Counted from the first letter of the stretch, positions 46,001 through 60,553 are shown. The stretch is 64,000 nucleotides of DNA from Macrostomum lignano (GCA_002269645.1 NIVC01001942.1:1-64000); one strand, 5' to 3'. Made by a program: numbers and translations. The notes: generated by a model not told the origin, from the sequence alone.

Positions 46001-49000
46001 CCGAGCCCGCTATTCAGCCACCATCGGAGGAAAGAGCCGCGGTCCCCGCAGGCCTGGCAGACAAGGCGGCAGCCGCGGACGCGGACGTACCTGACCAGTT
46101 GCCAGAGGGTGCGACCCGCCGATACCCGCCTCGAATTCGGTCATGTCCAGAGCGACTTCAAGTGGGGGTGTGATGAGTGACTGTGCGGAAGCTGACAATG
46201 ATCTTGAACTGACTTTTCGCAAATTCTCCTGTCTTTCATGCAACCCATTATTACGTATGTTTCTCCAATACAAATTATTGATTCACTACTAATTCTAGTT
46301 TTCGACAATGCAATATTTCGCTATTTTGTTCGACACAATTTTATTTCCTTACTTTTCATCTGCTCTGCAATTGTGTTTGCTAATTCGATTGTTTTCCAAT
46401 ACTACAATACTACATGTACGCTATCGTCGATTCGCTTTTCGTAAAAATTCGTCTCATTGATCCCACTTCCCCTTGGGGAGGGAAGTGTGAATTGGCTGTC
46501 TTATACCGATTTGAACTATACTGCTTTTTGCGTTTGGCTGCTCAATTTTAGCTTACCACTATAGACCCTCCCCCTCCACTGAACTGATCGATTTCTGTTT
46601 TTACGTACAGTACTTCTTCGCAATGTACATTGTTCGTCCTAACTACATGTACTCAGTTCTATAATACAATATAAAGGACCAACGCGTTAGTTAAGAAACG
46701 CTGTTTACAACTTGCGGCTCAAGCCAATTCAATCGCTTCGTCTCAATCTCAATTCATCACACAGTGACCCAGTGAATAATCCGGACAGTATCAGTGACCC
46801 AGTAAAGCATCTGGTGAGTATCAGTGACCCAGTGAATGACCCGGACAGTACAGTGACCCAATAAAGCATCTGATGAGTTATCAGTGACCCATTGAATGAT
46901 CCGGACAGTATCAGTGATCCAGTGAATGATCCGGACAGTATCAGTGATCCAGTGAATGATCCGGACAGTATCAGTGACCCAGTGAATGATCCGGACAGTA
47001 TCAGTGACCCAGTGAATGATCCGGAAAGTATCAGTGACCCAGTGAATGATCCGGACAGTATCAGTGACCCAGTAAATGATCTGGGGAGTAGCAGTGACCC
47101 AGTGAATGATCCGGACAGTATCAGTGACCCAGTTAATAATCTGGAGAGTATCAGTGACCCAGTGAATGATCCGGACAGTATCAGTGACCCAGTGAATGAT
47201 CCGGACAGTATCAGTGACCCAGTGAATGATCCGGACAGTATCAGTGACCCAGTGAATGATCCGGACAGTATCAGTGACCCAGTGAATGATCCGGACAGTA
47301 TCAGTGACCCAGTGAATGATCCGGACAGTATCAGTAACCCAGTGAATGATCCGGACAGTATCAGTGACCCAGTGACTGATCTGGACAGTATCAGTGACCC
47401 AGTGAATAATCCGGGCAGTATCAGTGACCCAGTTAATAATCTGGAGAGTATCAGTGACCCAGTGAATGATCCGGACAGTATCAGTGACCCAGTGAATGAT
47501 CCGGACAGTATCAGTGACCCAGTGAATGATCCGGACAGTATCAGTGACCCAGTGAATGATCCGGACAGTATCAGTGACCCAGTGAATGATCCGGACAGTA
47601 TCAGTGACCCAGTGAATGATCCGGACAGTATCAGTGACCCAGTGACTGATCTGGACAGTATCAGTGACCCAGTGAATAATCTGGAGAGTATCAGTGACCC
47701 AGTGAATGATCCGGACAGTATCAGTGACCCAGTGAATGATCCGGACAGTATCAGTGACCCAGTGAATGATCCGGACAGTATCAGTGACCCAGTGAATGAT
47801 CCGGACAGTATCAGTGACCCAGTGAATGATCCGGACAGTATCAGTGACCCAGTGAATGATCCGGACAGTATCAGTGACCCAGTGACTGATCCGGACAGTA
47901 TCAGTGACCCAGTGACTGATCTGGACAGTATCAGTGACCCAGTGAATAATCTGGAGAGTATCAGTGACCCAGTGAATAATCTGGAGAGTATCAGTGACCC
48001 AGTGAATGATCCGGACAGTATCAGTGACCCAGTGAATGATCCGGACAGTATCAGTGACCCAGTGAATGATCCGGACAGTATCAGTGACCCAGTGAATAAT
48101 CTGGAGAGTATCAGTGACCCAGTGAATAATCTGGAGAGTATCAGTGACCCAGTGAATGATCCGGACAGTATCAGTGACCCAGTGAATGATCCGGACAGTA
48201 TCAGTGACCCAGTGAATGATCCGGACAGTATCAGTGACCCAGTGAATGATCCGGACAGTATCAGTGACCCAGTGAATAATCTGGAGAGTATCAGTGACCC
48301 GACTGAAAAGTCCAGGATTTTTTACTCTGACGGCTAAGCGCAAAACCTTTTGCAAGCACTTTTTCGGTAGCTGAATAGCTAGGCTTATGAAATGAATAAC
48401 AGCTGAAGGAGTACAGAAGCTGAGCCGGAGTTGAGTTGGAAATCACGGCCAGGTCTGATAGTGCCAAAATGAGGCTGTGTGGCCTTGCCAGGGGCTGGCG
48501 CGGGAGTCGGGGAAAGAGGAACTGCATAGCGCGCAATCGAGCGTAGCGTAAGCGAATTAGAATTCGGCAACACTGGGACTGTAAGCATTCAAGCGTTGGA
48601 TCGGAAGGGTTTGAGAAAAATCCCATTAACTGTCCATCGCGGGCCTGAGTTAACACACCCCGGGGGGGGGGGCACAAAGCTTTATTCATACTTTCAGACT
48701 TTTATTATAACTAATAGACTGAATAATTATGCGGAGTAGAATTAAAAATAGGTCCCAATAACTTTAGAAGCCGCACGAGGCCAGTATTATTTTTCTATAT
48801 TATAGTTTCCTCAAATTCCATTATGCGAAGCCACTCGCTCTCAATAGTTTTCGCCCCCCGCAACTTTCCGCACTGCCTAAGAATCCCATTATGCCCTTGT
48901 GCTGCAGCCGCGGTGCTTCTCTATGCTTTTGCAGTAGGAAAATATTCCAAGCTACATTTTAGGAAAAAATCGTGTTCCCCTCCTAACAACTGACGGACTG

Positions 49001-52000
49001 GACTTAAAGTGCAGACGGGCCTAACAACCAAGATGTTTATAAAAGTTTATAAAAGAGTTCACAAAAAGTGTCAAACCTTCGGGTTGCTGCCTCCACCCGC
49101 CCCTCCCTTTTCCATGCCGACTGCCGCCTGTTGAAGTGACAGACAGAAGCAAGTCACCAAAGTGTAAGGAAAAATCTACCCCCTACCACAAAGCCAACTG
49201 AAACACTGAAATGCAAATTTGTTAGAGCGCCAGAGCGGTATTAGAGGACCCGGGCTCGAATCCCAGGAGTTTAGCTGCGCGAATAACAACCGTTAATGTC
49301 AATCTTAAAGGAAGATGCTAGAATGCTCAGGTGAGACGGCACCCTCCTGACTTGCCACCCTCCGTAGGATTTAGATAATCCACATGTTGCACCGACAGTG
49401 ACCGGAAGAAAGCAGTTGCAGAAATTAATTATGATTTATTTTTAAACCGAATTTCTATAACAATATGATTGAATACAAAGCATACGCTCGTATATCAGAT
49501 ACCGTCACCAGCATCTAAATATCTCAATTCCATATGCCTATGTATAGTTCAGAACATGATATCTAATCCGAATCCTAATTTCTTCAATTTCAACTCGATC
49601 CCAGATCCCATCCATCAAATATTAATCCATAGTATCTAGACTAGAAGGCAGCTCAGCGGTAAAAACGCGATCGACTCACGCGCTAGGACCCCTGGTTCGA
49701 TTCCGTGCGCAAACATTCCTTTGGGGCTTCGGTGCACGAAGTTTTGGGGTTGTCGTCCTATTTACAACCATGAAGGCCAACCCCCCAAGGCACAGAGAGC
49801 GTACATGCCTGACGATTAGAAAGTCAGGGCCTCTGTACAGCCTGTGAGCGTGTGTTTGAGTACGTGTCGGCGTACAGTATTGGCGCGCCTTTTTTGATTA
49901 CGCCTTCTTCCCCAATTGGACCAGATGTGCAACCGACAACACAGCCGCAGCCATTGCGCGGCGCATCTGAAGGCTGCGTACGGCTGTTCAGTCCAAGGAC
50001 TTTGGTCGCCACACACACCCTCAATTACCCCAGCTAATGCTGGCACCCATTTTACAGCTGGATGAACTGAAGCAATGCAGAGTCAAGTGTCTTGCTCAAG
50101 GGCACAAATTGTTCCAGTGGGATCGGGAATCGAACCCCTGACCTTAATCGTGAGTCCGACGCTCTAACTACTGGGCTACAGCCCCTAACCACTATGGGGG
50201 GGCTTTTATGTGCTCAAGAGTCATTGTAAGTGGGATAGGCAGAATTACCTCAGCGCTGGTTGTGGGACAGTGTCGCCGAAGGCATTGCGCCAGGGTGCCC
50301 ACAAGCAGCCTACAACCAGAGATAGGCCTAAATTTCCCCATTCCATCCCTCCCACACGCAGGCCTGGGTTTCGCTACGTGCGCAAGCAGCGCCCTGACCG
50401 CCGGACTAAGCGTGGCCCTGAGCTGCCTAAGCGGCCGACTGTTTCTCAATGCCCGTCTACAGCTGGGCGCGTGCGCAGCGCACGGCCTGGTGCTGGCCAC
50501 CGGCCTGGCATTCGTATTGGCCAGTTTCCTAGCCCAGGTCGGCTCACACAGGCAATGCGTTGCTATGCTAGTTGGCTCAGCTGCTGTTAGCCTACTGGTC
50601 TGCCTGCCCAGCTGCATTGTGGCCGCGGCTGTGCTAGTCAGCTGGTACAGGGAGCGCGGAACGCTGGCCTAGCGCATCGGCTACTTTGAAAATGGCATTC
50701 GTTTATCATTGAAACTTTTACTGACACTCAAAATGAGATTTGTTATTCAAGCAAATTGTATGCTTCGTATGCAATTCAGGGCTAAGTATCTGTTGTCTGG
50801 GTGGCTTGGCCATAGACTATAGACAATCAAGCCGAGGCCGAGATCTATGGTGCCGATCTCAGTTTGATTGTCCGAGTCGATTGTCTATGGTCAAATCATC
50901 CCAGTACCCATGCAGCCAGAAACAGAGTTACGTTAGGGCTGACTATTGATTAGAAATTGCTAAGACATTTTTTACCTGAAAGGGCTGCGGGCACCCTGAC
51001 GCAACGCCTTCGGCGACATCATCCCACACACCAGCGCTGACGGCAATTCTGCCCATTCTGCTGACTTTTGAGCCCTCATTTAATAATCTTGTTACGAATA
51101 CTTTAAGCAAATTTTGCACGCCATGCCTCTATATGAAGATCGCATATGTATTCTAATATTATGTATATATGTACTGTACCGCATCACACAGAGCTTTGTA
51201 GATTTGTTTGGCTGAGAGAATAATTTTTAAGTCACACTCTGAAATCCTACTTGCAGTAGAATAGACGAAAAGTGTATTAAAATCTCTGCATGAAATTTGC
51301 TACTCAATTTGATTAGCGACAGTACTGCAAAACTTATGACATAGCATAATTAGCATAATATTTTCATGTAGGTATGCGGTATGTTCTTTTGATTTCTTTT
51401 TTAAATATGCTACTTTTTCAGGAGTGCGGCCACAAAGGCGTGCGCTCTGATACCTCCCCCCTCTGTGGCCACTCGTGACCGGAGCGAGGTGTATTTTGTT
51501 ATTGTTTTTAAATGCCTAACTGATGACAGCTGATAGAAAATCAATATTGACACTTTTCTTCAAAACTAAATTACCAAGTAGTAACTGTACTCTCTCACCT
51601 GGCAGTTGGCAACTTCGCAGCCGGGATCCAGGACGGACACAATATAACGAAAGTAGTTCTTTGCGTCCTGTCAGCAGGGAAATAATTATAAGGAAAGCTC
51701 TTCTAAGCCGATCATAACACACAGAGTGGGAAAATCAAACAAATAATCCAGTGCATATTGAGCTATGGAGTGGCTAATTAAATAAAAATGGTGTGCTCAT
51801 TATATATACCTGTTGTGGCTAACTAATTATACATACGTGCTGTGCTAATTAAATTTACTTGTGGCCAATTCATTATAATTGATGTGGCTGGTTGAATATA
51901 CCTGATGTGGCTGATTAATATACCATCGTGGCTGATTAATATACCTGATGTGGCTAATTAATATACCTGATGTGGCTGATTAATATACCTGATGTGGCTG

Positions 52001-55000
52001 ATTAATATACCTGATGTGGCTGATTAATATATGATAGTGGCCGATTAATATACCTGATGTGGCTGATTAATATATCATTGTGGCTGATTAATATACCTGA
52101 TGTGGCTGATTAATATACCTGATGTGGCTGATTTATATACCTGATGTGGCTGATTAATATACCTGATGTGGCTGATTAATATACCTGATGTGGCTGGTTG
52201 AATATACCTGATGTGGCTGATTAATATACCTGATGTGGCTGATTAATATACCTGATGTGGCTGATTAATATACCTGATGTGGCTGATTAATATACCTGAT
52301 GTGGCTGATTAATATACCATTGTGGCTGATTAATATACCATTGTGGCTGATTAATATACCTGATGTGGCTGATTAATATACCTGATGTGGCTGATTTATA
52401 TACCCGATGTGGCTGATTAATATACCTGATGTGGCTGGTTGAATATACCTGATGTGGCTGATTAATATACCTGATGTGGCTGATTAATATACCTGATGTG
52501 GCTGATTAATATACCTGATGTGGCTGATTAATATACCTGATGTGGCTGATTAATATACCATTGTGGCTGATTAATATACCTGATGTGGCTGATTAATATA
52601 CCTGATGTGGCTGATTTATATACCTGATGTGGCTGATTAATATACCTGATGTGGCTGGTTGAATATACCTGATGTGGCTGATTAATATACCTGATGTGGC
52701 TGATTAATATACCTGATGTGGCTGATTAATATACCATTGTGGCTGATTAATATACCTGATGTGGCTGATTAATATATGATAGTGGCCGATTAATATACCT
52801 GATGTGGCTGATTAATATATCATTGTGGCTGATTAATATACCTGATGTGGCTGATTAATATACCTGATGTGGCTGATTTATATACCTGATGTGGCTGATT
52901 AATATATACCTGATGTGGCTGATTAATACACCTGATGTGGCTGATTAATATACCTGATGTGGCTGATTAATATACCTGATGTGGCTGGTTGAATATACCT
53001 GATGTGGCTGATTAATATACCTGATGTGGCTGATTAATATACCTGATGTGGCTGATTAATATACCATTGTGGCTGATTAATATACCTGATGTGGCTGAAT
53101 AATATATGATAGTGGCCGATTAATATACCTGATGTGGCTGATTAATATACCATTGTGGCTGATTAATATACCTGATGTGGCTGATTAATATACCATTGTG
53201 GCTGATTTATATACCCGATGTGGCTGATTAATATACCTGATGTGGCTGATTAATACACCTGATGTGGCTGATTAATATACCTGATGTGGCTGATTAATAT
53301 ATGATTGTGGCTGATTAATATACCTGATGTGGCTGATTAATATACCTCATGTGGCTGATTAATATACCTGATGTGGCTGATTAATATACCTGATGTGGCT
53401 GATTAATATACCTGATGTGGCTGATTAATATACCTGATGTGGCTGATTAATATACCTGATGTGGCTGATTAATATACCATTGTGGCTGATTAGTATACCA
53501 TTGTGGCTGATTAATATACCATTGTGGCTGATTAATATACCTGATGTGGCTGATTAATATACCTGATGTGGCTGATTAATATACCATTGTGGCTGATTAA
53601 TATACCTGATGTGGCTGATTAATATACCTGATGTGGCTGATTAATATACCATTGTGGCTGATTAATATACCTGATGTGGCTGATTAATATACCTGATGTG
53701 GCTGATTAATATACCTGATGTGGCTGATTAATATACCATTGTGGCTGATTAATATACCTGATGTGGCTGATTAATATACCATTGTGGCTGATTAATATAC
53801 CTGATGTGGCCGATTAATATACCTGATGTGGCCGATTAATATACCTGATGTGGCTAATTAATAATTAATATTGCCGTTTTAACTGATTAAATATACCCGT
53901 TATGGCTGACTGAATATACCTGATGTGGTTAGTAAATACGCCTGATGTGGATAGGACAAAAGCACCTGTATTTGCCAGTATATACCAAAAACACATGGCT
54001 TGACAAATCTATCACAAGCATTTATTCATTAACCCACCTCGGGTCCATGGTTGCCATGCACGTAGACTTTAATAGATAGCTTTGATAGCAGCCGCTTGTG
54101 AAACTGGCCAACTTGGGCCAGGGTTAGCGACTCCAAGCAGGCCAGCTGATCGTTGCGCAGGTAGCGATCCCGTTCCAACAGGTACAGCCGCATCTCGCTG
54201 GTATAATGGAAAAGTACAAGAAAAACACACACGCTCAGTTTAGGCTACTTGCAGTAGTTAGATGCGACTCAACTGAACAACATTTTTATGCTACTTATTG
54301 CCGAAGCCATTAAATATATACATCCTGAGCCAAAAATAGGTATTTTTGATTAACTATTAAGCAGAACTGGGTCCAACAGAGGCAAAAAACAGCAGAACGA
54401 TACACTCACAAATGCACAATTTCTTAGTTCTTCTACTTCAGTTGAGTTTATTGGCAACGGTTGGTCTAATTCCACTGACACAGCAATCAAGCTGGGCCAG
54501 CAGCCCCGCCCAACAACAAACAATTAGCCATAAGCTATTGGAATCAAATCGCAAGTCGCTTTATATTAGCTTGCTGATTGCTGAAATTCTGCAAGGTCTT
54601 GCTGCCCTTTCCTTGAAGAGAACTTTACCCATGGCGTCCTATCAGTCCGGCGCCCTTTCTCTCCGGTGCCATTTCTCTCTGGTGCCATTTCTCCCCGGTG
54701 CCAATTCACTACACCGCCAATTCCCTACACCGCCAATTCACTACACCGCCAATTCACTACATCGCCAATTCACTACATCGCCAATTCACTACATCGCCAA
54801 TTCACTACACCGCAAATTCACTACATCGCCAATTACTACATCGCCAATTCACTAAACCGCCAATTCACTACATCGCCAATTCACTACACCGCCAATTCAC
54901 TAAACCGCCAATTCACTACATCGCCAATTCACTACATCGCCAATTCACTACACCGCCAATTCACTACATCGCCAATTACTACATCGCCAATTCACTACAC

Positions 55001-58000
55001 CGCCAATTCACTAAACCGCCAATTCACTACATCGCCAATTCACTACACCGCCAATTCACTAAACCGCCAATTCACTACATCGCCAATTCACTACATCGCC
55101 AATTCACTACACCGCCAATTCACTACATCGCCAATTCACTACACCGCCAATTCACTACACCGCAAATTCACTACATCGCCAATTCACTACACCGCCAATT
55201 CACTACACCGCCAATTCACTACACCACCAATTCACTACACCGCCAATTCACTACACCGCAAATTCACTACAGCACCGAGTATATTGGGTTTCATAAAACT
55301 TACGCTATAAGCCGGGCTGGAGTAAGCAGCGAATTCACCATCATCTTTCGCACCTCCTCTTTGGCTAATCCAAAGTTAAGCCGCTGATCCATCAAGCTGA
55401 GCATCTCGCCAAATTGCTTCAGCTTTCGCCCGATGGTCGCATAGAGATTCTGAAATGAGTCGGCGAAGAACCGGAGTTGACAGTAGCGTCCTCACAAAAG
55501 GACTATATATAGTACATTTAGTAACTAAATAAAAACATAGCAGTAATGACAATGACAAACGAAAACTTACTAATGATATTTCTAACTGATTTTGGCTTGC
55601 GTTCCTTATACTAAGTAACTATGACTAGTAACTAGTTGCTTGGCTAGCAACAAACAGTGAAAGCAACGAAAAAGTCTTAATAGCAGGCATAAGGTAGCAC
55701 ATGGCACGGGAATTGCATATGCATGAGGCCCCACAGTTAAACAGTGCAGAATACATTTAAACAGCTCTTTAATTTAGTGGAATCGGAAAGGTAAACAGCT
55801 GCAGGCCTTCTATTCATGCTGCTTCAGAAATACATGCTGCAATACAGTTTCATTCCAACCAGTGCATTCCAACCAGTGCATTCCAACCAGTTCATTCCAA
55901 CCAGTTCATTCCAACCAGTGCATTCCAACCAGTGCATTCCAACCAGTGCATTCCAACCAGTGCATTCCAACCAGTGCATTCCAACCAGTTCATTCCAACC
56001 AGTGCATTACAACCAGTGCATTCCCAACCAGTGCATTCCAACCAGTGCATTCCAACCAGTGCATTCCAACCAGTGCATTCCAACCAGTGCATTCCAACCA
56101 GTGCATTACAACCAGTGCATTCCAACCAGTTCATTCCAACCAGTGCATTACAACCAGTGCATTCCAACCAGTTCATTCCAACCAGTGCATTACAACCAGT
56201 GCATTCCCAACCAGTGCATTCCAACCAGTGCATTCCAACCAGTGCATTCCAACCAGTGCATTCCAATTACAGCTTGTCATTGTAGCCCTCAACACGAATC
56301 ACTTACAAACAGCTTGTCATTGTAGCCTTCAACTCGAATACGAATAGAAAATGGCTCTACGTATAGAACTTCGTACCTATAAATTTTGTGATGGGGGTTT
56401 ATGTTAGTAGATAAACGCAAACGGGAAAACCGACTGCTGCATAACAAGTCTCGTAGAAAGCTTGAAAATCAGTCACATACCACAGATAGGCCTCGACGGC
56501 GGCGTACAACTCCTTGCTCAACTGAAAATCGAACATGTACAGCCACAGGTGCACCAGTGTTGAGCTGAAATGTACAGGTGCTCATTCTTGGATTGCACCA
56601 CCTGGCACGGCTCCACATTCTCAAACCATGCCGTTACCCTCCCACATTCCCAGACCATGCCGTCACCCTCCCACATTCCCAGACCATGCCGTCACCCTCC
56701 CACATTCCCAGACCATGCCGTCACCCTCCCACATTCCCAGACCATGCCGTCACCCTCCCACATTCTCAGACCATGCCGTCACCCTCCCACATTCACAGAC
56801 CATGCCGTCACCCTCCCACATTCTCAGACCATGCCGTCACCCTCCCACATTCCCAGACCATGCCGTCACCCTCCCACATTCTCAGACCATGCCGTCAGCC
56901 TCCCACACTCTCAGACCATGCCGTCACCCTCCCACATTCCCTGACCATGCCGTCACCCTCCCACATTCTCAGACCATGCCGTCACCCTCCCACATTCCCA
57001 GACCATGCTGTCACCCTCCCACATTCTCAGACCATGCCGTCACCCTCCCACATTCACAGACCATGCCGTCACCCTCCCACATTCCCAGACCATGCCGTCA
57101 CCCTCCCACATTCCCAGACCATGCCGTCACCCTCCCACATTCTCAGACCATGCCGTCAGCCTCCCACATTCTCAGACCATGCTGTCACCCTCCCACATTC
57201 CCAGACCATGCTGTCACCCTCCCACATTCTCAGACCATGCCGTCACCCTCCCACATTCCCTGACCATGCCGTCACCCTCCCACATTCTCAGACCATGATG
57301 TCACCCGCCTACATTCTCAGACCATGCTGTTCTGTTACCCTCCCACATTTTCAGATCATACCGTCAATTTGATTACCAGGCAAAAATGCTACTTACTTTT
57401 CTAGCGACTCACAAATAACAGGAGAGTCTAAGCTGACTCGAACGACGGCTGAAGTGAAATCCAAAGTGTCAATCAAATTAATAAATTGATTTTTATATAG
57501 TATATAGGAAAGCATCGCACAGAAAGCATTGCAAAAAAAAGCGAACCTCTTGGCGTCTTGAACTTGCGGTCCTTATAATAGAACAGGGGCCCGAACCGGT
57601 CCACGGCTGGGTCGCCAACGAGAAGGCGAACTGGGTACTGCGGGACAACAGGTTTCGTTCGGAGCCTACATGAGATAGTTAGCTTTCGACTTGCGAAGTA
57701 GGAGTATAGACAAATACTCGTAAATGTATCAAGGCTCATGGGATGTCGGAGTTCATGTCTGATTCTCTTAACCTCATAATTGAAAGATACCTGAAATCTT
57801 ATTGGCGATGCCTGGATAAAAGGCTGGATTCTCATTGAGATACCCGGATTCTAAGTGGAGATACCAGGATTTTTTAATGGAGATAGCTAGATTCTAAGTG
57901 GAGATAGCTGGATTCTAAGTGGAGATAGCTGGATTCTAAGTGGAGATAGCTGGATTCTTAGTGGAGATAGCTGGATTCTAAGTGGAGATAGCTGGATTCT

Positions 58001-59903
58001 AAGTGGAGATAGCTGGATTCTAAGTGGAGATAGCTGGATTCTAAGTGGAGATGGCTGGATTCTAAGTGGAGATAGCTGGATTCTAAGTAGAGATAGCTGG
58101 ATTCTAAGTGGAGATAGCTGGATTCTAAGTGGAGATAGCTGGATTCTAAGTGGAGATAGCTGGATTCTAAGTGGAGATACCAGGATTTTTAATGGATATA
58201 CCTGGATTCTCAGTGGATATACCTGGATTCGAGGTGAAATTATTTGAAAACTCGATAGACATAGATAGGTATCTTCATGGAGAATCCTATTAAGAATCTA
58301 GTTATCTTTTTCATTACAAGTACCTAAATTGGAAACTTAGCACAGAGATGCAATACAAATGAAATGTTAATATGAGCAATATTAAAACGCCAGCCGCGCC
58401 CACCTCCGGCACGCATTCCAGTCCCATCTCTCTGTAGGCCTCGCCCGGCGACGGCACGTTAAACTGCTCGGACACGAACTGGTTGGGCAGCGGCAGGTGC
58501 AGCCGGCAGGCGTTCAGCATCTCAGTGTCCGGATTCGTCACGCAGAGCTCCCAGTCGGCCATTGTGGCCTCGCTGAGCCTGCCGGAGACAAGTTTTATGT
58601 GCCAGTTGGAGACTGTCATATCGTATTTTTACGCCTTTAATCTTACGGTAATTTCTCTTTAGGCTTTACTGCTCCAGTTTTGGTACCAATTAAAATGATT
58701 TTTGTCGGGTTTAGAACACTTCTTAATAAGTAATTACTAACTATTAATAATCATAATAATAGTAGTAGTAATAATAATAACTGCATACACCTGCCCCAAT
58801 TAGGCCAGATATGCAACCGACAGTTCAGTCGCCGCTATTGCGCGGTGCATCTGAAGGCTGCGTACGGCTGTTCAGTCAAAGGACTGGGAGGTCGCCACAC
58901 ACCCTCAGTTACCCCAGCTAATGCTGGCACCCATTTTACAGCTGGGTGAACTGAAGCAATGCAGAGTTAAGTGTCTTGCTCAAGGACACAAACTGTTCCG
59001 AGTGGGTCGAGAATCGAACCCAAGACCTTACAGTCGTGAGACCGACGCTCTAACCACTACGCTATACAACCCTGCTAGGTGTCTATACATGTCCAAACTG
59101 ACAGCTGAGTGGGTGACTGCTGTTCATCATTGAGTGAGTGACTACAGTTCATCGAGTGGGTTGGCTGAGAATCGAACCCCCGACCTTCAAGTCGTGAGTC
59201 CGACGCTCTAACAACTAGGCTAGAATCCCTACCCTAGTTAGTTTAACTATTGAACTAACCATTGTTATTACCTAACAAATAAGTATTCAAACTTGTAGCG
59301 TCTTAGATTAACAATTTCAATTGGTCCCAACATCTTAGATGTAAAATCTTGACGCCAAACCGAAAGTCTAGATTTCAATCAACATTACAAAAAACTCTTA
59401 GTTGGTAATATAATACCAATACACGGGCAACGTGGAATTCTTAGATTCTAGAATATGTTCAATTAAAACTATCCAGCTTGTTGACAATACGCTGTTGAAG
59501 TCGGTAGGTTTGTTCTTTACTATTGTTTACTAAGTGTTGCGGTTTTAACTATTCAATTTATTAGTCTAGACTAGACTGCAAAGTATCGATAGAATAAGAA
59601 TATCCGCAAGAGGCCCTTCTTAAAAGTATAGATACCACAATATCCCAATAAAGGATTTATTGGTACTGTATATAGAATTTCTAAGACCTCCGTGCACTGA
59701 TTCTTTACCAACTGTCAGCAACCTTCTCCAACTTTTCCTCACCACTTCAACCAATTTTTCGTATCCCATTGCAACAGACTGCAAAATAATATAGCTTTAA
59801 TAGAGTCTTGGCTATGGCTATAGCATACCGCAGCCTTGCCTCTTCCTGTCGTGTCTTTTTAATGTAATTCTAAAACTGTTCTGACACTGAATCCAGTTCG
59901 CAC

Positions 59904-59938
<35 letters not shown>

Positions 59939-60553
59939 TCGCTAGCCATAGCTCATAGGAATGCAAATTGGAGTGAAGCGCAAATTTAAGCAAGGCTTTT
60001 TTACTCTTTTTCACATAGTACCCGATTTCCTATGGAAACGTATGCGCCAGCACAGCACTATTAGCCATTTCGTTGCGATTGGAGCCTGCTAAAAATAGCA
60101 GGTTTTCCATAGGTAATTGCTAATATTCTCAGTGGGCAGAGCGGCTAAGATTGTACAACAATAGGCCTAGTATTTTTCTTCTTGTTTTATTCAGTAAAGT
60201 GTATCGTTTCTTTAAGGACGAGGTATCGGGGTTTGTGCATTTGTATTTGAAGGCTGGCCTATTTGCCTCTATAATACATTGAAACCGATAGGATGCTATG
60301 GTTTTATCAATACAAAACTAAAATTTTCGTTGCCAATATGAGACGGCAGTAGCGCTGAAACTGAAATGTTGGAATTCATTATTTAGTATAGTGTTACTAA
60401 GCTTTGCAAAGATTTTTTGTTTAGTTTATTTAGAGTTTCTGACCAATTTGACGGTTTTAAAAACCTATAAGGAAATGCTTTTTGGCTATAACTAAAAACT
60501 GGGAGGTAACTGCATGTAACTATGAAGGCATAAAGGAAAGGCAGATAGACAGG

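Noticed and set aside
41355-48355. Long ORFs ([10 protein letters not shown])n on + and ([10 protein letters not shown])n on -
   Set aside because: They result from a stop-free 30-bp satellite unit; there are no splice or start context signals, and the array is interrupted by an LTR element.
58579-58619. Upstream extension of the NRDC exon suggested by the ORF track (also 57638-57835 and 63613-63665)
   Set aside because: Phase compatibility and nardilysin homology favour acceptors at 58579, 57638 and 63613; the extensions are intronic.
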